Shown: positions 39,641-51,850 of the stretch, in pieces | How positions within the stretch are numbered: position 1 is the stretch's first letter | Layout of the letters: the number at the start of each line of letters is the position of its first letter | DNA from: Camelus dromedarius | Lineage: Eukaryota | Direction: 5' to 3' | DNA length: 64,000 nt | NCBI RefSeq assembly: GCF_036321535.1 | Contig: NC_087437.1 | Span: 96,350,001-96,414,000, forward strand | Made by a program: the position numbers and the translations under genes | The notes under the pieces: generated by a model | What the model saw: only the letters and a program-made list of their open reading frames with translations | Database searches by the model: none | Told to the model about the DNA's origin: nothing

Positions 39641-42470
39641 GTTGGAACTCCTAAACATGGTTGCTCTACAAGCTGCATCTCCATTCCTCTATAGAAATGA
39701 ATTTCTTTTGATTATTACTCTCAGATATGACTGGTTTAAATGCATCTTCAATGAGAGAGATTCCACTGTGTAGGTTTTTATGTAGTTTGAATTCACAGAA
39801 TCTCTTGATTGGTAGCGTGCAAAAGACAAACAAACAGGCCATGATCAATCTCACTACGACTTCTGGTCACCTACAAGTTCCTCATTATGCGTAGATGGAT
39901 TCCCTTTCGGATGAAGGAATAAATGAGTTTCTTTTCAGAAACATGATTTATTTCTACAGTAACAGTGTGAATATTTTCTCTGAAAAACCAGATGACTATA
40001 CTGATGTGCGTAACTACTCATACAGTTAGATCTTTTCTAAAACTCAGATATGTCATACCTTGAAATAGTCCTTAAGTACTAACAGTCAGGAAATTTTAAC
40101 ATATATTTATATAATGTAAACCTGCACTATTTTCTCAATGCATTCCTTTTTACTACAGACCTCAGACGACGAACTCTCCATTTCCTCCATAAAGAAAAAC
40201 TAAAAACTGTTCTACTCAGGGCTCACAATATCATGGAATAACCTGACCAGATAAATGTGGTTCTTTTCTTTGTTTACCTAATGATATAAAATGAAATTGA
40301 TAAGTTTAAGACAAATGACAGGATGTAGTTTTGCTCACTGACTAATTGCAAAACTTAAACCATCCATCCTCAACTGGCAGTTGACAGACTTACATAACTG
40401 AAACACTCAACAGCAGCAATCTAACCATAGCAGAGTCTAATAGGATGGTTGTGTCCAGAGGTATCTCGTATTCTGGGGTTGGGGTGGGGAGCTTAATAGA
40501 TATCAACACCTGCAAACAGACAAGTGTTTAAGTATAATAGATTAAACATCAATGATTCTGCAAAACTGTGCTCAGTTTCTAGTGACCATAGTAACTATAA
40601 CAATAATACAATAATGCAGAATAATTTTAAAGATCAAAGTATTTCATGTAGTTACTGTTTGGTCACTACATTGTCATTGGAAGGTGAAGAGGATGCTCTT
40701 ATTAATTTGATTATTTCAAAGATGAAACAACTTAGAAACATAGAAAGCAAGCAATTTATTTAGAGTGAATAATAGAGTATCTAGCTTTAAAATGTTAATC
40801 CTTGTATAATTTTCCTACAAATCATTATCTTCTCTGAAGACTGAATGGTATGTGAAAAACCACAGCCTATCTTATCATTTAGGATGTAGGAAGGCAAATA
40901 ATAACCTAGAAAGCAGGTGAGACAAAAATCTTCAGAATTTTAACGTGGGGATGTATAGATGGACACAACTGAGAACTGAAAAACATTTTCTTTAAAAAGT
41001 TCTCAGATGTAATTTCTAAACCTTATGACTAGATTTGAAAATACACAATTTTTTTGATTATTTGGATGTCCAAATGATTAAGTTATTGCAGAATAATTTC
41101 CTAGTGGATGAAATTTTCAACATGCTTCCAAAATGAACTGGAGGAAAAAAAGACTTCAGAACACTGGCAAAATTACAGCACTTTAAAAGCTGTGACTTGT
41201 TCACAACTTAAAGTATAAAACAATCCATGCAAAATATAATCCAACAAAATTATAGTGAAATGACCTTAAATGACAAATTGATGTATCACACAACACATAT
41301 TAAATCCCTTTAAAAATTCTACTACTAATAAAATAATTTAGTGAATTGTTATTAATAATTGAACTCTTATAAGGGGGGAACGACATGGTATAATACTGTA
41401 TTATAATTAGATCCTTTATAGAATTTATCCTGATGTCACTGTATGGTAAGACTCCAGAAAAACTTGTTGGATTGACTATGATAACAATTAACTCGTATCA
41501 GCTTAGACCTTGGACTTTCACTACTTATACATATCTAAAACACAATTTAAGTAAAATGCTGACAATAAAATAAAAGCAAAGCTTGAATTTAAAACTAATT
41601 TGGACCATCTTATATCCTTATTCCCTCTAATTTTGCTGCTCTTCTGAAGCATAAATATCCTACTACTCCGTCCAAAACGTTCAATTTTTAATAAAGTAAC
41701 ATCTGGTTTGGGGATGAGGCTATGCTACCTGCTGTTCCCCCACCCCTCCGGGAAAGTGGAAAAGTAAGCAGTTATTCAACATCACTTTTGTTATCCTAGT
41801 AACAGCTGTGGTTTTTAAAGGGATAAAGCAAGCAAAATTAAAAATGAAAGTGCTTGAATGCTGTGTGTGGAATCTACTGTGATATGTAATAAATCACATT
41901 AAAATTATCCTATCTTATTGGAAGCCTAGACTGTGGTAATCCTAAATGGGGGGAGGGAGTAAAAAGAGAGCACATGCTTGATGATGTAGTAATCTGTTGC
42001 TACATATATATACATTAAAATAGCAAGAGAGACCATTATGTAAGTTATTTTCCATACAGTTTGATTTTTTGAGTGTAAGCACCCTGTTAGTCCAAGAAAA
42101 GGAGAAATACTAGGCCCATTTATGCAAGCAGGGTCCAAATTAATTCCATATTGTATAACAGTCATTATTGAAGAACTGGCATTGAATTTTAAAGGGAACA
42201 TAATATGGTCAGAAGCTTGTAGATACCTTGATATCAACACCATTCCTGATATTCATACCAAAAGATAATTTGGAGAGGGAAGATTTTACCTAAGTCTACA
42301 AAAGCTATAATGAAATTTATTAGAAATATTAAAATCCAGGCATTCTAGATACTTTTTTCTTACTTTGAAAGACAATTTAATATTTGTTAGTGTTATTCTA
42401 AACATAGAAATGAGTATTCAGCTAAAGAAAAACTGACTGATCCAAGGTAAAATGAGCCAGAGTCACTTAC

Positions 42471-42495
42471 TCTCTGCATCTTGAAACACGTATTT
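42471..42495 (-). other. Candidate 25-nt microexon
   Basis: Minus strand reads tttaac-ttctccatttctttttcttgcaatatttcag|AAATACGTGTTTCAAGATGCAGAGA|gtaagt. Confidence 0.3.
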
Positions 42496-45400
42496 CTGAA
42501 ATATTGCAAGAAAAAGAAATGGAGAAGTTAAACCCTTCTGAATATAAAATAGGAAACTGTTGTTACTGACTGTGTCATCTTCTTAACAATTGGCATAGAA
42601 ATATGTGTTCGTTGAATTTTTTTAATAGTAGTTCAATATTTCAGTCTTCTTTTAACTGATGTTTCTTCTTCCCTTTATTATCCTTAATATATTCCACTGA
42701 GAGTTTTCTTTCACTTCAAGAAAAGGGAGGCGACCAGCCAACGGGCATCTCCCTCCCAGAAGCCATTGCCATGAAAACTTGCACACTAATCAGAAGTGGG
42801 TCAAATGGTCTTCACATGAAAGCATCTAACAAGGTCCCCAAGGAAGCCCCTCTAAGTGGCAGAAGGGAAAAGCACGATTGCTTTTTTTATGAAAGACGAA
42901 CGCCAGCGTCCATTGGCCCATCTTAACGTACAGATGCTTGCTGCTTTGAAGTTACTATAATCACGGTTGCTTTTGAAAGATTATTATGGTGTTGGAAACA
43001 AAGTCCCTGAGTTTTGGGATCAGAAGCAGTTATGAGGGCTTGCCATTCAGGGAAAGACTGCATACATAAAAACAACATTTTTTTTTTGCCAGTGTTTGGT
43101 CAAATAAACACTTGTAACCTTCCATTTCTCAGCCTCTAGTTATAAATATTTACATTAAGTCTGAGTTTGTTAAAGTCTACTGTAGCTTTTAATAAACTAG
43201 CAGAAAAAATATAATTATGTTGTGTAAGCATAGTATGTTAAGAGAAGAATTCCAAATTTGGCTGCAAGGAACAACCAAACTAATCAAGTTAAATACTCAA
43301 CAGCTGGGGCATGAATAGTAAATTAATGTCTACTGAACCATAATTTTATGACATTTGGATCAGTAAGGGCTGTAATCAATTTTTTCCAAATATGAATATT
43401 CTGGACTATCTGAAACTGTCTTGCCTAAAGAGTTATTATCACCAAGCATCATTGTTTGAGAAGTTTGTCATAGAATACAAGATTGTAATTCATTCCCAAA
43501 TTCACTCATATGTTTATAAATAACTTACTATATGCTAGTCAGTGTGTGGTATTGAATTCTTGTGCAATTTTTCCTCTATTCTTGAAAAACAAAATTTAAG
43601 CATATAGAATGAGATGTTATTTATGCTTATTCTTTGTTTTCTAGAAGCTTTAGCTCATGCTTTTCACCAGCTTCTAAGTTTTAAATTTCGTTTTTCAAAA
43701 AAAAAAAAAAAAAAAGAAAAAAAGGGCAGGCAAACCAGATCAAATATAAATTTGCCTTGAAAAGAAATCTTGCCACCCTGCTTAACATACCTTTACATTT
43801 ATCAGGAGATTGATAAGGGAAATCGACATATCATTCAATTTCTATAGGTAGAAGAAATAAAAATATGTTAACTGATACTATGTCAATGAACAAAGGGAAA
43901 TATAAAATGAGATTTCATTAAGAAATCTACAATAAATCTTAGTGTGTTATTTTAACATGGTTTGAAATATAAGTAGAAAAAAAGAGCTCTTCCTAACACA
44001 GAAAAAAGCAAAAAATGCTCTACTAATAAATGTGCCTCAGTTCAAATTAAAAATGGTATTAAAGTCTTCTGAACCATCATTTTATGAGCATTCATGGTAA
44101 CATTTCTAATATCAGCACAAAACAATAAGAAAGGTCAAATTTTAGTGGCATCACAAACTTGTTTTGGCCAAGATTTACTCTGTATGTATAACATGAAACA
44201 GACCAAAGTTCATAATACTTCTGCAAATTCAGAAGGAAAAAGACAAAGGAGTAGCCTCCTTTAGGAATAAAAAATAGTGCTATGTTTAAATCCCACAAAA
44301 ATTAATGTTTAGCTCAAGGATTTGCTGTTCATCTCAGAACCCCTCAAGCCTGAGGCAGGATTAGATCAGACTCATGTTCGAACAACTGGAGGAAATCAAT
44401 GGATTTCACTTTATTAATAATTAAAAGGCTAATGCACACTGGCAAGTGATTAAAAATGTGTAGAACACATATTTGTTACTGCAATTTCAAATACCACCAT
44501 AATACATAATTTTAAATTGGGCTACATCAGAAAGAAAGAGGTTATGTTAAATAAGGATAAGTGACACATAGAAAGAAGAGGCAAGGATTTCTGTGGCCAC
44601 TGTAGATGGGGCTAAGTTTCTGCCTGCAGTGGGAAAAGCAAAGCTCATAACTAGTTTGGATCCACAACAGAATGCTGGGTTACTGTTGCAACTTATTCTG
44701 TCACTCATAACTAAATTAATCCCTATTAGGATTTGTCAAGGGTGGCAGAAACAAAGTTTGCATAATGAAGGACATTAAGGCCCTTCTGACACAAATAGGG
44801 TGAATTTTAGCAATTCAAAACCAGAGTTTATTAAAGATACATGTTAGACCACACCAGCAATCTCTCATTTCTAGAATCCATAGTAAGTTCATTACTACAG
44901 CTACTAATAGTTTAAATATGATTTATGAAGTCAAAGAATAGATGAATACACTTCTGAACTAAAATGCCAACCTTCAATTTGACATCAAAGCTTCCTTAAA
45001 TATCGCTGCTTTGACAGTTCTTATTTCACACTGCCATTTCTTCCATAGATAAAATCTGTTATGCACAGCCTGGCTAAAATTAAGTTTTTGAAATAATAAG
45101 TCTCAAGGGAAAAGAAAGGATATTGTCCAATAGATCTTAGGGAAGCAAAATAAATGATCCAAACCCGCTAAAGTATATACTTCCAACCTTACAAAAAGGA
45201 ATGGTTTCTGTTTTCATATTTACATATCAAATTGCAATACAAATTCAAGGAATTATAATGGAAGCTCAGCTTTGAACAAATACTTGAGGTTATAAGCAAT
45301 TTTCTGGAAAGATGTTTTGTCTTACTCCTCCTTCTTCCTCAACTGCTAGTACAATACCTGCCACTAGGAATAAACTAATCTGTGTAATAAAGAGAAAATT

Positions 45401-46353
45401 ATATTCTCCTCTGATGCATAGACCCCTGGGCTCCAAGAGAGGGAAAGATTCTGAAAGGTGGAACTAAATCTTTTTGAGGGACACAGCAGACTCAAAACCG
45501 TGAGACTCAGAACTCAGGAAGGTATCTAAAGTGAAGGCAGATTTGGAATCCAAAGGGATTGAAACACATCCAGAAAGTACAGGGAAGGAGGGGAAACGTG
45601 TTCACTAATCTACAAGCTGGGAGTGGTTCTAATGAGAGATGTAGACTGAAGAGTTGCCCTGAACTGTTGGGGTGTTGGGGACTCAGCAAGGCAATCACAG
45701 CAGTGAGAACTTCTTTGGACACTGTGTACACTGAATGTGATGCCTGCAAGAATAATGGATAATCTTGATTGCCATGTGTCTTTAAAATGTAAATGATTCA
45801 ATTGCTATTTTAAAATACAGCATTCACTCTTACTGTATAACATTTTGATTATAGATGTCACTCACCAAGAAGAAAACCAAAGCACTTGACTAAAATCTTT
45901 CCATACATAGTAACTTAAGATTTTTCAGGAGGACATTAATCAATTTACAGATTGGTAAGATAAATTAAGTAATCTGGGATGCACTCAAAGCCAGATGGTT
46001 GATGGGAAAAAACAGTTTCAGAGACTGGCCAGAGATCCTGGCTCCTCCTACCATCATCCCACTGATTCTTACCTCTCTACAGGTGGTCCAGCCCTAAAAC
46101 TGGTATTTGGGAAAACCTACTTTCTCTCTTCTGGATATAGATCATTGCATATATTATACACTAGTAGGTAAAATCACAATGCTGTAATCTTTTTATTCTT
46201 TCCTAGTGAATGCATTCAACAGTATGAAATATAAGGCAACCACACAATCCAGTCCTGCCATGGCCTGGAGGAGCACACCTCTGGACTTAGTATTCATGCT
46301 AGCTTCAGGTGAATCACAAACACACACCTATGTGGATATAAAGTGATAAGTCA

Positions 46354-46958
46354 GAAAAAAGTATTTGCATCCCAATGTTCACAGCAGCACTATTTACAAC
46401 AGCCAAAACATGGAAGCAACCTGAATGTATACTGACAGATGAATGGATAAAGACGATGTGGCATATGTGTGTGTGTGTGTGTGTATTTTTTTTTTACTCA
46501 GCCACAAAAAAAGAATGAAATATTGCCATTTGCAGCAACATGGATAGAACCCGAGATTATCAAATTAAGTTAAAAATCAGACAGAGAAAGACAAATATCA
46601 TATATCACTAATATGTGGAATCTAAAAAAAAGATACAAATGAACTTATTTACAAACCAGAAATAGACTCACAGACATAGAAAACAAACTATGATTACCAA
46701 AGGGGAAAGGGGTGAGCAGAGGGATAAATTAAGCATTTCGGATTAACATATATACAGTACTATACATAAAATAGAGAAACAATAAGGACCTATTGTATAT
46801 CACAGGGAGCTATATTTAATTATCTTGTAATAACCTATAATGAAATGCATCTGAAAAAGTATATGTATACGTATAACTGAATTTTTTTGCTGTACACCTG
46901 AAACTGACACAACATGGTAAATCAACTATACTTCAACAAAAATAATTGACTTAAAAAA
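46354..46958 (+). mobile_element. L1 3' end (ORF2 C-terminal remnant plus 3'UTR) with internal (TG)n and degenerate 16-bp TSD
   Basis: ccaatgttcacagcagcactatttacaacagccaaaacatggaagcaacc...atgaatggataaag; TSD ataaagtga(t/c)aag(t/c)ca at 46338-46353 and 46959-46974. Confidence 0.92.
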
Positions 46959-47161
46959 ATAAAGTGACAAGCCAATGTAATCTTGCTGCAATATCAAAAA
47001 TAATTAATGCTTTGGGTAGAAATTTCAATTATTCAAAGAGAGTAATTAAAAAGAAAAAAAGAAAGGAAAAAAAGAAAAAAAAGAGTTATCTATATTCTAA
47101 CTATTAGGATGATTAATCCTCTCTGACTTTCTTGATTAGTTCAGTATCTGACTGACTTGGG

Positions 47162-47368
47162 CAGTACTGTCCAATAGAACATCATCTGTGATGATGGAAA
47201 TGTTCCCCACCTGTGCTATTTAACAGACTCACCAGCAACCACAGGTGGCTCCTGAGCAGGTAAAATGTGGCAAGTGCAAATGAGGAACTGAAATTTTTAT
47301 TTTATTTAACTGTTAGTAATTTAAATGTAAAAAGGAGCATGCAGCAAGTGCCTACTGAATTGGTAACA
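47162..47368. mobile_element. MER3 (hAT-Charlie)
   Basis: ctgtccaatagaac...tgtgatgatggaaatgttc...aaatgtggcaagtgcaaatgaggaactgaaattttta. Confidence 0.85.
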
Positions 47369-48299
47369 AATATCTAGGGAGGAGGAAAAAATTTGTACAT
47401 AAGAAATTAAATTAAAAAAAGAAAAACCTCTGCAGCAAATTCTGAGTTTGCTCTACATTCTATAATTAAAAATGTTACACTATGTTTCCATTTAAAAATT
47501 GCTTTTAGAGAACATTGCTCTTTAAGACAATTTTTTAATGAATTTTACTGGTGTATTAAAGTTCCCTCTTGATTTACAGTCAATTTACTGTGGAGGTAAA
47601 AGGGCACAAATTGAAGAGTATGATAAAGTACTTAAGACATACCACTCTCTCCAGTACAAACTACAACCTGGCATTAATTGTGAGAGAAGGGAAGGGAGAA
47701 AGAGGGAGGGCAAGGGGACAGGGAGGGATGGGAATCCCAAAACATTCTCATTTGTTCAACATGAAATAGTAAAATGATGCCTTCACCGGAAAATGTGTGT
47801 CTGCATGCATGTGCATGTGTGTGAAAGAATGAGAGCGGAGTTCGGGCTGCTGATAGATATTCAGAGGCTATAACTTAATTTGCTATAAACATCTGACTGC
47901 TTGGCAGCAGCAAGCAATGGAACAGGCTCACTCATTTTCATAAATAACACAAAAAAACTTCAAAATTTGACCTTAAATTTTTCCCCATCTGCACAAGCAA
48001 AACTAACTTATAAAAAATAATAATCTAGTTGGAAAAATTAACTGTATTAACAGTTAAGTCACCATGCTTTAATAAAACATCCCATGACCCTCAAATGCTG
48101 GCACAAATCAAGTAATGCAACACTGTAAGAAATGCTGCTACAGTGGTTCTGTTTTTAAAGTTTTGTAGTGTGAATTGTAATTACATGTATTCAAGAAAAC
48201 TCTGTGCTTTAGAAAATTAAGCTTTTCATGATATATTTTTTTTTTTTTCCTGTAGGAGACAGCTTTTTGTTAAACATTCACTAGTGTTTCTGTTATGAG

Positions 48300-48515
48300 A
48301 ACACGCTCTGAGGCCAGATTTCGAATCAATTCCTACTGGCTATACAACCTAGGGAAAGTTATTTAACATTTTTAAGTCCTATTTTCATAACTAATAAAAT
48401 GAGGATAAAATTGATACCTACTCTGAGCTGTTCCTGTAAAGTTAAAATAATAAAATGAAAGTAAAACGTTTAGCATTTTACCAGTGTTTGCCGTTAGAAA
48501 GCACTGAATAAGCAT
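48300..48515 (+). mobile_element. MIR SINE
   Basis: gctctgaggccagatttcgaatc...aagttatttaac...taaaatgaggataa. Confidence 0.7.
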
Positions 48516-50671
48516 CACCACTGGAATAATAAAATATAATTGTCCTTACAAATTTATTTTACACGGCAGTATTTCATATTTTGTTTCCTTGTTGTATTGT
48601 TGCTGTTGCTGCTGTTAGATTTTACTTTTAGATGTAGGATTGGAAATGATGTGATAGAAAATCCTTGGACAGAGTGTCAGGATTCCTCTGTTCTAGGCTG
48701 TGTCACTTACTTTTTTTGTGGGTTTTGGGTAAATCATTTAACTCTGCAGCAAGGTGTCTGCACTCTTCCACCAGGCAGGAGAATGTGGAAGTAAAATTTT
48801 CCCCTGGAGTAGGTATAAAAGGTGTCTGGAGGAACAGCTTCCTCAGGTGGGTGTTCAGGTTCCTTCCTAGCTTTTTATCATTGCTAAACTCTGTTACAAA
48901 GTTATATATCGCCAGATATATTTTCTAGATCCATGAGCTACCACTAAAACTTCACATGAATGCCACTATAATGGATATTGAAAAGATTTGAAATAATAAT
49001 TGTGAATGTTAAAATAATAGCACAATGCTACTAAAATCATTCACAGATGCTCTAATAATTTTAGAACAAACAAACAAACAAACTCCTTATTTGAAACCAC
49101 AAAGCCTGGAGGCTAACAAAACATAGCAGGTGTTTCTAATTACCAGAGAATGGAAACTGTCTCTTAGAGTTAACAAGTAAATAAGCTCAACAGCTTTGAA
49201 ACTGTGGAAAATTTTGAAGAGAGGAAGGTGCTCACTAAGGTTTTCTCCATAAATGAAATCTATAGCCATATTCTTTATCTCTATATTTCAAATTCTCGTA
49301 ACTCAAATTTTAGTTGTATCTTATTTATGGTTCAAGACTCTATGACAAGCATGCAAAATATGATATGGAATTTTTTAAAGATCTATATTTATTCATTTAT
49401 TATTTTATGAATTGAAATGGGATTTATTGAGTATCACTTGTTTTAGGTAAAGTACTGGGCTGAGGGACATACAGACCAATAAGGCACAGTATTTATTTTC
49501 AAGCAGCAAGCAATCTTCTGAGTAACTGGTGACTACAAAGCTATCATGCCAGTGTTTCTACAAGTTTGAAGAGAGGAACTTATGTTTCTGTTTAAACAGA
49601 AGACCAGTTTATCCATCTGGGAAATGGGCCTCAGTAGTACTTTATAGTCTTGGAATCTGTTTTTAGAAGATAGTTTTGCATGAAATAAATAGTGTAAGCA
49701 CCACAGATTGCAACATCAAGAAAGAGATGGATTTGCTGAAAAGAATTTAGGGGAATAACTTTAGTGCAAGCCATTACACAGTCACTGAGAACCAAGTATT
49801 ATCAGAGTATTGGGGAAAGATTAATTAATGTATTTCAGTTTGGCATAAAAAATGCTATCTAAAGAATTTCAATTGATATCTATTTAGATTTTAGCATTTT
49901 GGTAAATATTTGAGCACTAATTTCCTGTCAAATATCACACAGATTTATGATGACTATGTGCAAAGAGGGTATGTGAAAAAGTAGTATGGCTCCTGATTCA
50001 TGTTTTTGCAAACATTTTGTCACATTTTACATGAAAAACACTCAGGAAAATGTATTTTGTTTTTGTCAATCAGCCAATTCTTCCTGGAATACCTCTCAAA
50101 TTTTTCATCCAACTCTTTTAGGTAAGTGTTCTAAATATAATCTTTTCCCTCCCCAAACACACACAAATAAAGCCCTAGTTTTTCAGTGATTTGATTGGAG
50201 CACATCTATGCAAGTTTACCAGACCAGAAGTAATAAACATCCACAGAATATTAAAGATTATATAATGGATGAAATATCTCTTTTATTGAAAAGAAGCAGG
50301 GGTGAAGCAAATGGAAAGAAAATGGGAATCCCAAATCTTAAACTTCCCATAGGTGGCATCTTCCCAGTCTTCTTTTCTTCACATGGCAAAATGTAGAAGA
50401 CAGTTCCTGAATTAATAGCTTTTAGATCCAAATCAATATATCTGACTTTAGGAACCTAAACAAAAAAAATAACTTTCATTCCAACTTTGAGATGTCCTAA
50501 TATGAGCCCTTGAAATTCAACACAGCTGAATGTAAGATTAAAGACTTTAAAAGTGATGATTAATTTAAAAAAATCTTAGATATACAACATAATATAAAAT
50601 AGGAAGGTCATAAATGTTGATATATATTTTTTTTTCTTATGAAGATTTATTATAAAGGTTTATTATAAGTT

Positions 50672-50772
50672 CCTGATTTCTGGGGTGGTGATGAAGAGCT
50701 TCTTGCACTTCTAATGAGTTCTCAGATGGTGCTGATATTGCTGGTCCAAGGATCAGACTTTGAGAACCACTG
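50672..50772. mobile_element. MER5A fragment
   Basis: tgcacttctaatgagttctcagatggtgctgatattgctggtccaaggatcagactttgagaaccactg. Confidence 0.8.
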
Positions 50773-51079
50773 TACTAAGGGAAGAGTGAAGTTGGATGAG
50801 CACAGATTTTGGATTCTGCCAAGCCTGAGTGTGAACTGCAGAGCTTCTGGCTGGCTAAGGAAAAGCTTCACGTTGTAAGTTATAAAGCCCTAAGTCTCCA
50901 AAGAGAGGAACTGGAAGAGTTAGGCAGTCAAGTAAGAGACAGAGAGAAAACAAAGGAGAATTCTGGGCGGAAAAGCTGGCCTGATTATTAGCATTGAGAT
51001 AAAGGAGAAGAAGAGGCTGAAGATGGTGGAAGTGAAAGGCGTTGTACAACTGAAGGATGAAGTTTCAGAAGGAGGAACT

Positions 51080-51420
51080 GACGTGGGGTAAGGCCAACAA
51101 GCAGACCATGGTCATACATGAAAAGCACAGAATGAAGAGTTTTGGCCACCACTCTAGGATCTTTAGCACACTGTCAGTTTGTTTTTTAGAAACACAATAT
51201 TAAAAATGTCTTGAAGCCACAGAAAGACTGATCAGGAAGTTGGAACTGGTTTGTAATACTAGGAAGAGATAAGGAAAGCCTGAACTGAAGTATGGTTGAA
51301 TGGCGAAGAAAAGTGGGTAAATCTGAGAGAAGAAGAATAAATATAATTGGACAGTTGGTTAATGTGATGGGAGAGAGAGAGGACTAGAATGTGACTCTGA
51401 AGTAGCTGGATGGTGATATA
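51080..51420 (-). mobile_element. L2 fragment
   Basis: Purine-rich antisense L2-like text (aggaagagataaggaaagcctgaactgaag, aaatctgagaga). Confidence 0.5.
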
Positions 51421-51699
51421 CATTGAGCTTTTATTTCACTTAATAAGAACAGACTAGTGCAGTATAAACCAAGTATAATGTTGAAAGCTGGCTGTATTTA
51501 TTGCAAACCTGAGTCCTCACTCCATTCATATAAGGAACATAAAATAATAAAATGTATACATTAATGAGAAACAGAAAATCATTTTAAAATTAATAAAAGG
51601 AATATATGGAAAATTAGTTTCCTGAATTGAGTAAGTTGCTCCCTATGTAGCTTTCCCTATAGCAAAATCATAGCAGTAGCTATTTGATTCCTGAGTACC

Positions 51700-51850
51700 A
51701 AGTACTTTTACCATATTTGTCCATTTTCTCTTCAGTTTAGCCCTTTATTAGGTACTGGTATTAACTCCATTTTACAAATGATAAAACTGAGGTTAAACAA
51801 TGTGTCCAAGGAGACATGATTAATTAGAGGTTCCAGAATCTCCTTTCTTA
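51700..51850 (-). mobile_element. MIR fragment
   Basis: ccattttacaaatgataaaactgaggtta...tccaagg. Confidence 0.65.
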
